A DNA stretch of 63,978 nucleotides, counting the filler, from Stramenopiles sp. TOSAG23-2 (lineage: Eukaryota): assembly GCA_900128395.1 (NCBI GenBank). It is 3 parts of 3 records of this genome, joined end to end, with 100 filler letters (N's around TTAATTAATTAA, not from the genome) between each part and the next. Parts side by side here need not be neighbours in the genome. Positions count along the whole stretch, not along the records: positions 43,839 to 63,978 come from LT649562.1; 2 more parts are not named here. The stretch is one strand, 5' to 3'. A program made the position numbers and the translations under genes. Under the pieces are notes generated by a model. That model was not told the origin of the DNA. It worked only from the letters and a program-made list of their open reading frames with translations, and ran no database searches. Of this stretch, positions 44,382 to 54,372 are shown one piece after another (position 1 is the stretch's first letter; each line of letters starts with the position of its first letter).

Positions 44382-46106
44382 TTGGAGATAAAAAAGGCTA
44401 TTACAGCATTGAATCCAGATCATCCACAAGCTATTAAAAAGAAAGAGAAAAAGAAGAAGAAGAAAAAAAGTGGTGACAAACCAGCTTTAACTAAAAAACA
44501 ATTAAGAATGATTGAAAGAGAGAAAAAATTAAAAGCTGCTGCAGAAGAGAAAGCGAAAAAAGCATCAGAAGCAACGACATATGGTGAAACTGGCGTTATT
44601 ATGTCAAAATCTGTTTCTGGCCGTTCATGGATTAACATTCAAGATTTAAACAAAAATATTAGTGGACAAAAAGTACTTGTACGTGGACGTGTACATTCAG
44701 TTCGTGCACAATCAAAAAATGTGTTCTTTACATTGCGTGCAACCACATTTACGGTACAAGCAATTTTAACAAAAAGTGACAGTGCAACAAAAGATATGTT
44801 ACAATTTGCTGGTGCAATACCACGTGAAAGTATTGTTGATGTGGAAGGTGTTGTTACGACTGTAAAGGACACGATTAAATCAGCAACGCAAGGGGATGTT
44901 GAAATTAATATTAGTTCCATCTTTGTTGTTTCAAAGTCAGCACCTGAGTTACCATTTGCCGTGTCAGAAGCATCAAAACCTGGCTCCATGCTTTTCAATG
45001 AAGGCGAACTTTTAGCATCAAAAGATAATGATAAAAAAGAGGAAAATGCCGTTGTAAAAGTTGGCTTGGCAACTAGGTTGAACTATCGTTGGATTGATAT
45101 TCGCACTCCTGCCCATCAAAGTATTCTACGTGTACAATCGCATGTGTGTAATTTGTTCCGTGAATTTTTATATACAAGAGATTTCGTTGAAGTTCATACA
45201 CCAAAATTAAATGCAGGTGCAAGTGAAGGTGGTGCAAATTGCTTTACGTTAGATTATTTCGGCACAGATGCTTGCCTTGCGCAATCTCCTCAGTTGTTCA
45301 AACAGATGACAGCTGCATGCTCTGGCTTAGGCCGCGTATTCGAAGTTGGTCCAGTTTTTCGTGCTGAAAATTCACATACGCATCGTCATTTATGTGAATT
45401 TACTGGTTTGGATATGGAAATGGAAATTAAAGAACATTATTTTGAAGCCCTTGAAGTATTTTCGGATTTATTCATTTTTATTTTTGAACAATTGGACCTT
45501 CGCTGTAAACATGAGTTAAATTTGATTGCACAAATGTACCCGGTAGAAAAATTCAAATTTTTAAAACCATCTTTACGTTTAACATTTGCAGAAGGTTGTG
45601 CATTGTTAAAAGAACATGGTATATCGGATTATGAAAGGGATACCTTGGGTGTTACACCACAAAGCCCAGTCGAAGATCTTTCAACGCCAAATGAAAAACT
45701 TTTAGGTCGTATAGTTAAAGAAAAATATGGCACTGACTTTTTCATGATGGATGAATATCCATTAGCTGCAAGGCCATTTTACACAATGCCACATCCTGAA
45801 AATCCAGAATTATCAAACTCGTACGATTTTTTCATGCGTGGTGAAGAAATTATGTCTGGTGCACAACGTGTTCATGATCCGGAACTGTTGGTTCAACGTT
45901 GTAAAACAAAGGGCTCGCATGGGGAGCCAATGAGTGACGAAGCTATTGAAAGTATTAAAGGATATATTGATTCTTTCCGTCATGGTGCATTACCACATGC
46001 TGGTGGTGGTGTTGGACTTGAACGTGTAGTAATGCTTTTCTTAGGTTTGAAAAATATTAGGCTTGCATCTGCATTCCCTCGTGATCCAAAACGTATTAGT
46101 CCATAA
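44268..46106 (+). CDS. DARS1: Cytoplasmic aspartyl-tRNA synthetase with an N-terminal WHEP-like domain
   Basis: OB fold (VLVRGRVHSVR...ESIVDVEG), TRLNYRWIDIRT, EVHTPKL..SEGGA, LAQSPQL, motif 2 GPVFRAENS.THRHLCEF, motif 3 PHAGGGVGLERV...FPRDP. Confidence 0.97.
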   Translation: MATIEELEEQVKAQGEVVKAAKAADKTSDETKAAIAKLLEIKKAITALNPDHPQAIKKKEKKKKKKKSGDKPALTKKQLRMIEREKKLKAAAEEKAKKASEATTYGETGVIMSKSVSGRSWINIQDLNKNISGQKVLVRGRVHSVRAQSKNVFFTLRATTFTVQAILTKSDSATKDMLQFAGAIPRESIVDVEGVVTTVKDTIKSATQGDVEINISSIFVVSKSAPELPFAVSEASKPGSMLFNEGELLASKDNDKKEENAVVKVGLATRLNYRWIDIRTPAHQSILRVQSHVCNLFREFLYTRDFVEVHTPKLNAGASEGGANCFTLDYFGTDACLAQSPQLFKQMTAACSGLGRVFEVGPVFRAENSHTHRHLCEFTGLDMEMEIKEHYFEALEVFSDLFIFIFEQLDLRCKHELNLIAQMYPVEKFKFLKPSLRLTFAEGCALLKEHGISDYERDTLGVTPQSPVEDLSTPNEKLLGRIVKEKYGTDFFMMDEYPLAARPFYTMPHPENPELSNSYDFFMRGEEIMSGAQRVHDPELLVQRCKTKGSHGEPMSDEAIESIKGYIDSFRHGALPHAGGGVGLERVVMLFLGLKNIRLASAFPRDPKRISP

Positions 46107-46557
46107 AAAGGAGGATATATGGGAATTTGTTTAATTCGGAAACGACGGGAGAAAGGCTGCGAGAGAGTATGAAGAGGAGTATGAACTTATTTTTTTAAAA
46201 AAACTAGATAAAAATATTATTTTTATTTTTATTTATAAATTTACGCATAATTTATTTTTAATTTACATTTTTATAAATTTAAAAGTATATTTCGTAAAAA
46301 ATCAAAAAATATTTTTTATAGTACGAGTATATAAGAAAAATTTTTGTATTGTCTCGTACGAACACGTATTATCAGGAAATTAACACAAATATTTTTATAA
46401 ATTGTGAAATACTTAAACGTATACAATCATATCAATATTATACTACGTATTATATATATCATATTTGACTTCGTCGTAGAATACCTGGTAGAGGAGTAAA
46501 TTTTCTCTATTTTTATTTTTACCACACGCACACATAATTTTTCAAAAAATATTTGTC

Positions 46558-49500
46558 TTAATAATCATCTTCATCATCGTATATATTTTTCTGCTCCTCT
46601 AATACACTTGGATCAACCATACGACCTAATCCAATTTTTTTAAACAATTTAGAGGCAAATCTACTTTTTGATATTGCTCTTTTAGCAGCTTGTTTTGTAC
46701 GATATTGTATTGTTGCTTTTCTTTTTGCTTCTTTTTCCGCTTCTGTTAATTCTGGGATTGGTTCATATCCTTTAGCTATTAACCATGCTAATGAACGATC
46801 AAAATCTTTATTATTAATAGCTGTGGCTTTTGTTACGGCATCACGATCATACCTTAGCTCGTGAACAAGTTTTAAAAACGTCTCATCTGCAAAGTACTTA
46901 TCATGCACTTTATTTTGTACGGCTGCAGCTGCTGCTTTTGTCGCTGCAACTGCTGCCTTGGATCCTTTTACAGTATTTTTCCGTGATTGTAAAGCTAGTT
47001 CTAATGCACGCTGTTCAACAGCTCGCACAAATTCGCCATTATTTCCATTAGGATTGGTTTGTTCCGCATACCATGGTAAAAATTCTTCAAAATCTATTTT
47101 TCCATCCCCATTTTGATCCATCTCAACTAATAATCTTTGAACATTTTTTGTTCTTACTGGCTTACAAAGCTCCCAGTTCAATAATGCTTTTAATTCTTTT
47201 TCATTTAATTCTCCACTACCATCCTTATCAAATTCCTCAAATGCTTTTTCTGCTTTCTCTTCGCATAAATCAAACCATTGTGGATCTAAACGTTCAATTT
47301 CTTTTGTTTTTAAGTTATGATATCTATATTCCATTATTTCTGGAACCCAAACTTGTTTCCACCTCGCATCGTCATGTTTAAATATGCGGCCATCATGGTA
47401 ATGTCGCAATTTAAGTCTTCCACTATTCCATGCAGGTATAAAAACTTCTTCAAACGCATCGACAGCTTTATCGTCTTCTAACCAATCTGCTGGTGGGACA
47501 TCGATTAAAAACTCTTCTCTACACCATCGTACAAAAACATCTTTTTTCTCTTTAAATGCTCTGTGATCAATTGGTCCAACGGCAGTACCAGGTACCAATG
47601 GATGTTCAATCATTTCTTTGATGTTTTCAGGTACAAAATTTTCATATGCAGCATTTTTAGCAGCATCGTATTTTTCATCTACTTGCTTTTTCACTTCTAT
47701 AATTTTATCAATGCCTTTCGATAATTTGTCAATACCTTTCATCATGGCATTTCCAGTTACCTTTGCAACCACTCGGGCAGTTTTCAAACCATTTGCTTCT
47801 ATTCTCATTTTAAAACGCATCAATTTTAAGAATTTCGATGCTTTTCGACCGTATACGGAATCTGATGTGAACCAGTCTAAAAATTCTTCAAAATCAATTA
47901 CACCATTTCCATCCTTATCCATTTCAGCCATACAATCCTCTAAATCTTTTCCATCAATAGGCTCATGTAACTCTTCCCTCATCATTTCACTCACTTCATT
48001 TATATCAATAGATCCGCTGTTATCCGCATCGTAACGCTCAAATGCTTTTTTGACCACTTCCCTCATATTATCCATACGAGCTTTCTTTGCAGCAGCTGCT
48101 GCTTCTTTTGCAGCATGTTCTATCTGGAATTGTTGGATCGTTTTCCACCCTCGACGTTTTATAATATTATGCGCTTTGTTATGGGTACCAGCAGATTTTT
48201 TAAACTGCTTTCTTTCTTCCACCAATACGTATTTATGGTATTGCATTCTTCCTTTTAGATGTCCTAGTTGGTAACACTCCATACAATACGTATCTTCGCA
48301 TTCTTTACAAGCCATTTGAGCTAATCTAACTTCACACGTACCACACATTTGTTTATTTGCATGCAATGCTTGAATGTTACACGATACAATTCTATGGGAC
48401 TGGTAGGAACCAGTCAAATGTGATTCTTCCATACAGTCGTCGCACATTGGTACATCGCACGCATCTAGACACTTCCAAGTTGCCAGATCGTTTTCACATA
48501 CCATACACAATGCTGCTTGTTTAAATTTCAATGGTGAAGGAACTCCCCATGCTGGGTCATCCGGTGGCAATGTCCCATCTTCCATTGCAGTTAATAGCGA
48601 TCCAAGTTTTTTCTTCACAACGGGTTCTCCTCGCGGTGTTTCATAACCATTTGGGCGATCAAAGGAAATAGCACCAGTTATACGATTTAAATAAAACACA
48701 TTACCCTGACGATCTTTCTTCCGCACCCATAATGGCTCTTTTTCCCAATAATCACCTGCTGCAGCAGCTCGCACAATAACTTTTCTTGCATACCATCCAC
48801 GTGCAATACGTTGTATATTGATCATTCTCGGCAATTCAATATAATTTAATTTATCTAATTTTTCTTGTAAAAATGTCATAATATCACCTGCATTGAATTT
48901 TCCTGTATAGTCCTCTTGGACCCAATCAAATATTTCATCTGGCTCTGGTTGTTTTAATTTTTTACCTCCTCGACGGCCATAACGCCAATATAGACGTAGT
49001 CCAGGTATTTTCATAACTTTGAACCGTACCCCCAATGACCTGCCATAATCATTTGGATCTTCCTCTGTTGCATCAATTTTAGCAAATTGAACCCTTTCAT
49101 TTACACGAAAAATTGGTTGTCGGGTCCATTCATCAACTTCCTCAACAACTTGTGCCATTCTACCAAAATTTAATTTTCTACCTGCCAAGTCCACCATCGT
49201 ACTAGCTGCAGTTGCAAACTCTTTCTTTTCAGAAGCGGTTTCAGACCATGGTGCGAAAAAATGTACAAAAACCATATGGAACTTTTTCATTTCACTGCTT
49301 GCATTGTATGGTGTCAATTTCAAGACATCCTTTTCCCGCTTCACTCGAATATCAAATAAATATTTATTTTTTGCTCGCATTTGCTCAGCTAACGTTTGTG
49401 CAAGAATTTTTCTAAATATTTTTTGTATAGCCTGGGCAGATCTAAATTCTAATGCATCCTTGACTTTTTTTGCTTGTGACCTCCATTTTGCTAAGTTTGG

Positions 49501-52380
49501 GCGAAGATACCTTGTTCGTGACATAAATAAAATTGTTTTCCTCATTATTCCACGTCTTTTCGCTTTTTTGGACCATCGATCCCATGTTTCTACCAATGTT
49601 GCATTTTTCCAATGATTCATAGCACGCCTTGCAAGTTTTTTCAAATGCAAAACACGTTTAATTTCTTTATGCCAGGCATGAAAATGTTTCGTACCATGCA
49701 CGTTGAAAAAATGTCGATCTCCCTTTTCCTTCAATGAATAAAAAAATTTTCTACGCTCCCAATATTGTATCCAATGCCTCAATCGTTTCTTTCTGTTGTA
49801 TCTATTTTCCCATTTTAACGCTAATGCTTTATTTCGCTTCATGACTTTTCTATGTCTTTCATATCGATCTAGCAATTCAAATGATATCATAGCATCCCAT
49901 AACCAATATTTCTCTTTGTAAAAATCAATAGCCATTTGAATTCTCTCACGTCGCCAGAATAAAAACATTTTCATGACTTTAAATGTTTCTCTAATTCTGA
50001 TGGCATTTGCTTTTTTTACTTTAGGAATTTGATCAAACGAATTCCAGGTTTCTAATGCTGCACAACTTAAAAATACGCGCCTGGCTAATTTCTTTCTATA
50101 ATCTATATTATATTCCGTTACCTCACGCCAAGAACGGAATGCGGATGCTTTTATTAATGAAGACCAATACATATATGCTTTTCTCATCAATGCACGTATT
50201 CGTAACTCTTCTGCTACATACACCGTCCATGCGTGTATGGCAATTTTTTTCTTTTTCTTACACATGTGAACAATGGCTTTTGTATGTAATTTTAAATCTG
50301 CCCTAGCTTTTCTAGAATTTCGTATGGCATTTGTGACGTTTTTCCATGCATATAAATTAGGTATAAATATAGCATATTGATTTTCTCGCCATCTTAACAG
50401 AACGCGGCGTCGTAAACGAGCACGTTTACGATCATGAAATCTTTGAGAAACTTTCATAACTAAATTTTTCTTTGTATTATATTCTTGCTGTGCATATTTT
50501 CTTCCAAATCTACCTCGGATTCTTGCTTGAAGCCGTAATGCCATATTGGTTTCTAAAATGAACTGTTCCTTCCAAAGACGAACCATTCTTTGTCCATACA
50601 AACGACGCATAAATTGTTGCAATATACGAGCACTTCTATCAACTCGTGCCATGATACTTGCTGCGATATTTTTCATCATTTGTGCAATGGAAAAAGATTG
50701 AAATGCATTTTGAATTTTTATTGCCGCTACATGACGTTCTGCCTCTTCCATGAGCAATTTCATGGACGCGGTGGAATCATCTATTGTTTCTGTTATGGTT
50801 AAAACAAATTTTCTAATTTGATAGTGACGGAAGACATCTTGTATAGATGCTGCAGCATTATTACGTTCAGCTGATTCTAGCATGAAGTTTATCGCTTCCA
50901 TTACATTATCTAAATACTCCTCGCGAAATTTTCTAGCTGCTTCACGTCCACGACGACCACGGAAGATAGCTTGAATTTTGCGTGCCGCATTTCTTAATAT
51001 TAATGTTTCTCTATATTTGCGTCTTCCAATTCTACCACGAACGACTCTTTGTAAACATATTGTAGCGATATGTTGAATAATTTTCCATCTTAAATATAAT
51101 CTTCGATTTATCATTTTTCTCCTACCTAAATATCCTCTAAATATACGCTGTATAATTAGTGATGCTTCTATTTCATGTTTTCTTCGCAATTTATTTTTTA
51201 TAATTTTTCTTGCTAAAACACATCTCCATTTTCTTTGAAGCATGATTACTTTTCTTTCAAAACGTATTAAACGTCTACGATATAATAAATGCCTTAACTT
51301 TCTGCTCCTATATGCCAATTGTAACGTACATGCTGCATTAATTCTTTCTTGTTCTACACAAAGCTCAACAAAATGTCTCCATTTTTTAAATCCACCACTT
51401 ATCTTGTTGTGTAAAAAATTTAATAAAAATTGTTTTAATTTTTCTTGTCCATGTGCAAGTGCAAATTGTCTCATTTCCTCTTCTTTCTCTTCCTCCCTCG
51501 CTTTAATATTCCATTTTACCCAATGATCGAATCCAGCTAATATTGCCTTGTTTCTAATCCTTTCTAGTATTTTTCTAGCCTTTCGCATTCCTCTTTCTAC
51601 GACAAAGCCATTTAAATTATGTTCAAATAAAAAGTCTAATGGTAAAGTATCACGGATTGCTACCATATCCTCGAATAATTGTTTTTTCGCAACTTGCCTA
51701 TCTTCATCTACTCTTTTTGTTTTCTTTTTAATTTTGGACAATGACGTTCTCATAGTTTCCGGAACTTGTGCTGACATAATATTTTCATACAGATTCTGCT
51801 CCATAGATTGAAAATTTGAAGTGTTATTACTAATATTCGAACTTTCACGTTCTGTATAAAAGTCTTTTTGTGTTTGACCAATATCAACTAGTTTTGGTTC
51901 TGCACATGGTGCAGATAGATATGGATTTTTTTTATTTACATTTCTTCTTTGATATTCTGCAAATGATTCTTTATCACTATTCGAAAATATCGGTCGTTGT
52001 TGTTGTTTCTTTCTCTTTTTTTTGCTAAAGCCCCAATTTACAGGAGCAGTGGCTGGACGATTATTATTGTTACTATTATTACTAGCTTGTTTTTTATTAT
52101 TACTTCTTGGATCAAACGTAATTGGACGACGTGGTTGTTTTTTTTTTCGTCTTTTCGGGACTGGCGAAAAAACTCTTTCGGTATTTGCCATTTTACCTCT
52201 GTAGAAAAATTGATTGACTGATACTTCGTTTATAATTGTTATATCAGTTTCATTTGTTTTTACACTGCGATGACTTTCCTCATCCGAAGAAACCTCTTCA
52301 CTAATACTTGGTCGCTGAATATTATCAACAACGGTATTGCCATTATTATCGTCATCAGCAACAATGTCTGACTCTGACAT
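46558..52380 (-). CDS. Giant multidomain protein: IQ motifs, Sfi1-like Trp repeats, redox-inactive thioredoxin fold, WW, two B-boxes, two EF-hand pairs, possible UBA
   Basis: IQ: IQRIFRGYLGR, LQRVVRGRIGR, IQAIFRGRRGR. Trx: VHFFAPWS...FAKIDAT. WW: WVRKKDRQGNVFYLN..TG..SFDRP. B-box: CMVCE...C..C..PMCDDC..H and CGTCE...CKECEDTYC.EC...H. EF-hands: DADNSGSIDINE, DKDGNGVIDFEE, DKDGSGELNEKE, DQNGDGKIDFEE. Confidence 0.85.
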   Translation of the reverse strand: MSESDIVADDDNNGNTVVDNIQRPSISEEVSSDEESHRSVKTNETDITIINEVSVNQFFYRGKMANTERVFSPVPKRRKKKQPRRPITFDPRSNNKKQASNNSNNNNRPATAPVNWGFSKKKRKKQQQRPIFSNSDKESFAEYQRRNVNKKNPYLSAPCAEPKLVDIGQTQKDFYTERESSNISNNTSNFQSMEQNLYENIMSAQVPETMRTSLSKIKKKTKRVDEDRQVAKKQLFEDMVAIRDTLPLDFLFEHNLNGFVVERGMRKARKILERIRNKAILAGFDHWVKWNIKAREEEKEEEMRQFALAHGQEKLKQFLLNFLHNKISGGFKKWRHFVELCVEQERINAACTLQLAYRSRKLRHLLYRRRLIRFERKVIMLQRKWRCVLARKIIKNKLRRKHEIEASLIIQRIFRGYLGRRKMINRRLYLRWKIIQHIATICLQRVVRGRIGRRKYRETLILRNAARKIQAIFRGRRGREAARKFREEYLDNVMEAINFMLESAERNNAAASIQDVFRHYQIRKFVLTITETIDDSTASMKLLMEEAERHVAAIKIQNAFQSFSIAQMMKNIAASIMARVDRSARILQQFMRRLYGQRMVRLWKEQFILETNMALRLQARIRGRFGRKYAQQEYNTKKNLVMKVSQRFHDRKRARLRRRVLLRWRENQYAIFIPNLYAWKNVTNAIRNSRKARADLKLHTKAIVHMCKKKKKIAIHAWTVYVAEELRIRALMRKAYMYWSSLIKASAFRSWREVTEYNIDYRKKLARRVFLSCAALETWNSFDQIPKVKKANAIRIRETFKVMKMFLFWRRERIQMAIDFYKEKYWLWDAMISFELLDRYERHRKVMKRNKALALKWENRYNRKKRLRHWIQYWERRKFFYSLKEKGDRHFFNVHGTKHFHAWHKEIKRVLHLKKLARRAMNHWKNATLVETWDRWSKKAKRRGIMRKTILFMSRTRYLRPNLAKWRSQAKKVKDALEFRSAQAIQKIFRKILAQTLAEQMRAKNKYLFDIRVKREKDVLKLTPYNASSEMKKFHMVFVHFFAPWSETASEKKEFATAASTMVDLAGRKLNFGRMAQVVEEVDEWTRQPIFRVNERVQFAKIDATEEDPNDYGRSLGVRFKVMKIPGLRLYWRYGRRGGKKLKQPEPDEIFDWVQEDYTGKFNAGDIMTFLQEKLDKLNYIELPRMINIQRIARGWYARKVIVRAAAAGDYWEKEPLWVRKKDRQGNVFYLNRITGAISFDRPNGYETPRGEPVVKKKLGSLLTAMEDGTLPPDDPAWGVPSPLKFKQAALCMVCENDLATWKCLDACDVPMCDDCMEESHLTGSYQSHRIVSCNIQALHANKQMCGTCEVRLAQMACKECEDTYCMECYQLGHLKGRMQYHKYVLVEERKQFKKSAGTHNKAHNIIKRRGWKTIQQFQIEHAAKEAAAAAKKARMDNMREVVKKAFERYDADNSGSIDINEVSEMMREELHEPIDGKDLEDCMAEMDKDGNGVIDFEEFLDWFTSDSVYGRKASKFLKLMRFKMRIEANGLKTARVVAKVTGNAMMKGIDKLSKGIDKIIEVKKQVDEKYDAAKNAAYENFVPENIKEMIEHPLVPGTAVGPIDHRAFKEKKDVFVRWCREEFLIDVPPADWLEDDKAVDAFEEVFIPAWNSGRLKLRHYHDGRIFKHDDARWKQVWVPEIMEYRYHNLKTKEIERLDPQWFDLCEEKAEKAFEEFDKDGSGELNEKELKALLNWELCKPVRTKNVQRLLVEMDQNGDGKIDFEEFLPWYAEQTNPNGNNGEFVRAVEQRALELALQSRKNTVKGSKAAVAATKAAAAAVQNKVHDKYFADETFLKLVHELRYDRDAVTKATAINNKDFDRSLAWLIAKGYEPIPELTEAEKEAKRKATIQYRTKQAAKRAISKSRFASKLFKKIGLGRMVDPSVLEEQKNIYDDEDDY

Positions 52381-52799
52381 TCTTTTTTACTCTTTTTTAA
52401 TGTATATATATATATATATGTAAAGTTTCAATATGTGTATTTAGATTAATATAGTGTCATATTGGTCAATAGCTTTGTCTTTCGATTTAATATTATAGTG
52501 TTGTTGCTCTTTTTATAAGAAAATTTGCTTGTCTTACCATCCGTTCTTTTGCTTTTTTTTGCTATGTATATATAAAGTATAATTGGACTTTACATAATAA
52601 TAATAGTTGCAACTTGTACTCTTCTCTTCTAATAAAAAATGTAAACGGCAAAGGAAAAAAAAGGCTGGTGATACATATAGGGATATATGAAAAAGTACTA
52701 GTATAGTATAAATTGTACTAAAATAGGATTTTTTTATGATTGGGAAATAATGGAAAACTCAAAATAATAAAATCTCATCTCCAACTTGATTTTTTATTT

Positions 52800-53681
52800 T
52801 TATTCTTTCTTATCTTTTGCTCCACCACCTAATACATCAATTAAATTTTTAACAATATCTTTAAACCAAAATATTTGTAATGTTGTTAAAAATACATTTG
52901 CAATAAGAAATGTATAAAATGCAGTATACGAATGGATTTTATTTTCCATATACAATGCATAATTATCTTTCCAGAATAAGTAGGAAACATATGGCCATGC
53001 AACGATTCTTACCAGGAAGAACATCAATGAAAAATAACCTCCAATAACAATTTGCAACGTAGGGTAATCTTTTTCGATATCTTGGATGTAAACTTGAGAA
53101 TGACGATCGTTAACAAATAAAACTATCAATGCCAATGCCATTGATGAAATTTCACTCAAACCGAAAAAGAAACCAGCATACATATGTAAATATGGATTTA
53201 ATCCAAAATAAGCTAATGTTGCCGTAACAGCATGATGTATAATATGCTCAATACCATCTTTTGCATATACACTATCAAAAAAGTTCTTAATTTCCCATGC
53301 TACGTGAAACATGCACATACGCGATGCAGTTGGTGAGAAAGTATATAATCTCTCACTGCCAAATGCAAGGTCGTTAGAGAACATATCGCCAGCTTCTTTT
53401 GATATTGCTAACATAACGCCATCATATACAAGATATGTAAATGCTGTAAATGCTGTAAATTGTCTTGCAAATTTAAATCTATTCGCTGCCGAACCTAAAT
53501 ATCGATGTAAGCAAGAAAACATTGTAAGCAATAAATATAAAAACCCATTATAAATAAACAATCCAAGAAAATATGCCACTGATGTAGATACTATTTGATT
53601 GAAATTTGGTGGACCAGCTGCTTTATAATCTTCATATGTAAATAAAATATTATAATCATTTCTAATATTTAAATATTCCAT
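52800..53681 (-). CDS. TLC (TRAM/LAG1/CLN8) domain membrane protein
   Basis: Multiple TM helices, HIIHHAV, SEISS, FFLVRIV, LQIFWF. ATG at 53681. Confidence 0.85.
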   Translation of the reverse strand: MEYLNIRNDYNILFTYEDYKAAGPPNFNQIVSTSVAYFLGLFIYNGFLYLLLTMFSCLHRYLGSAANRFKFARQFTAFTAFTYLVYDGVMLAISKEAGDMFSNDLAFGSERLYTFSPTASRMCMFHVAWEIKNFFDSVYAKDGIEHIIHHAVTATLAYFGLNPYLHMYAGFFFGLSEISSMALALIVLFVNDRHSQVYIQDIEKDYPTLQIVIGGYFSLMFFLVRIVAWPYVSYLFWKDNYALYMENKIHSYTAFYTFLIANVFLTTLQIFWFKDIVKNLIDVLGGGAKDKKE

Positions 53682-53719
53682 TATTCTTATATATATATAT
53701 ACTATATTAAATTGACTTC

Positions 53720-53754
<35 letters not shown>

Positions 53755-54372
53755 ATCGTACAAACACAGTGCAATCTTGTGATAATAGTAAGTATAGTAA
53801 ATATATCAGTAGTAGTACAACTAAACAAAATATAGGTTATATATCACGTTCTTTCATTGTTCAAACTTTGTTCAAACTTTGTATTATTATTATTACATCA
53901 TCATACACTTTTTGCTGTGAATTTTTTTTTTTTTTGGACTGACCGACGACTGCTGATATATTGATGTAGGTTGGAGTTTTTCCAAAATAATTGTTATAGT
54001 GCTATTTATTAATAAGTCAAATCAAATCTGAAAAATAATCTGGAGGTAGAGGACAATGCTATTTTGATATCCTAATGCTGTGTCCATATGATATTATATA
54101 TACCTGGTGGTATAAAAATAAATAAAATAAAAACCACCTGGTGGTAATAAAGTGAAGAATGTTGAAGCACACATTGATAAAGGTGATATTAGATATGTTG
54201 CATATACAACAACAACAACAACAACTATTGATCATAGTATTATAAAATTGTTTATTCATTCGTTAATTACATATCTTGTTTTCTTTTCTTTTTTGTTCTT
54301 CTATAGTGTTTTCTGTGTTGTACTAATAATAATAACAATTTCAACCATACTATAGATATTAAAAAAAAAAAA

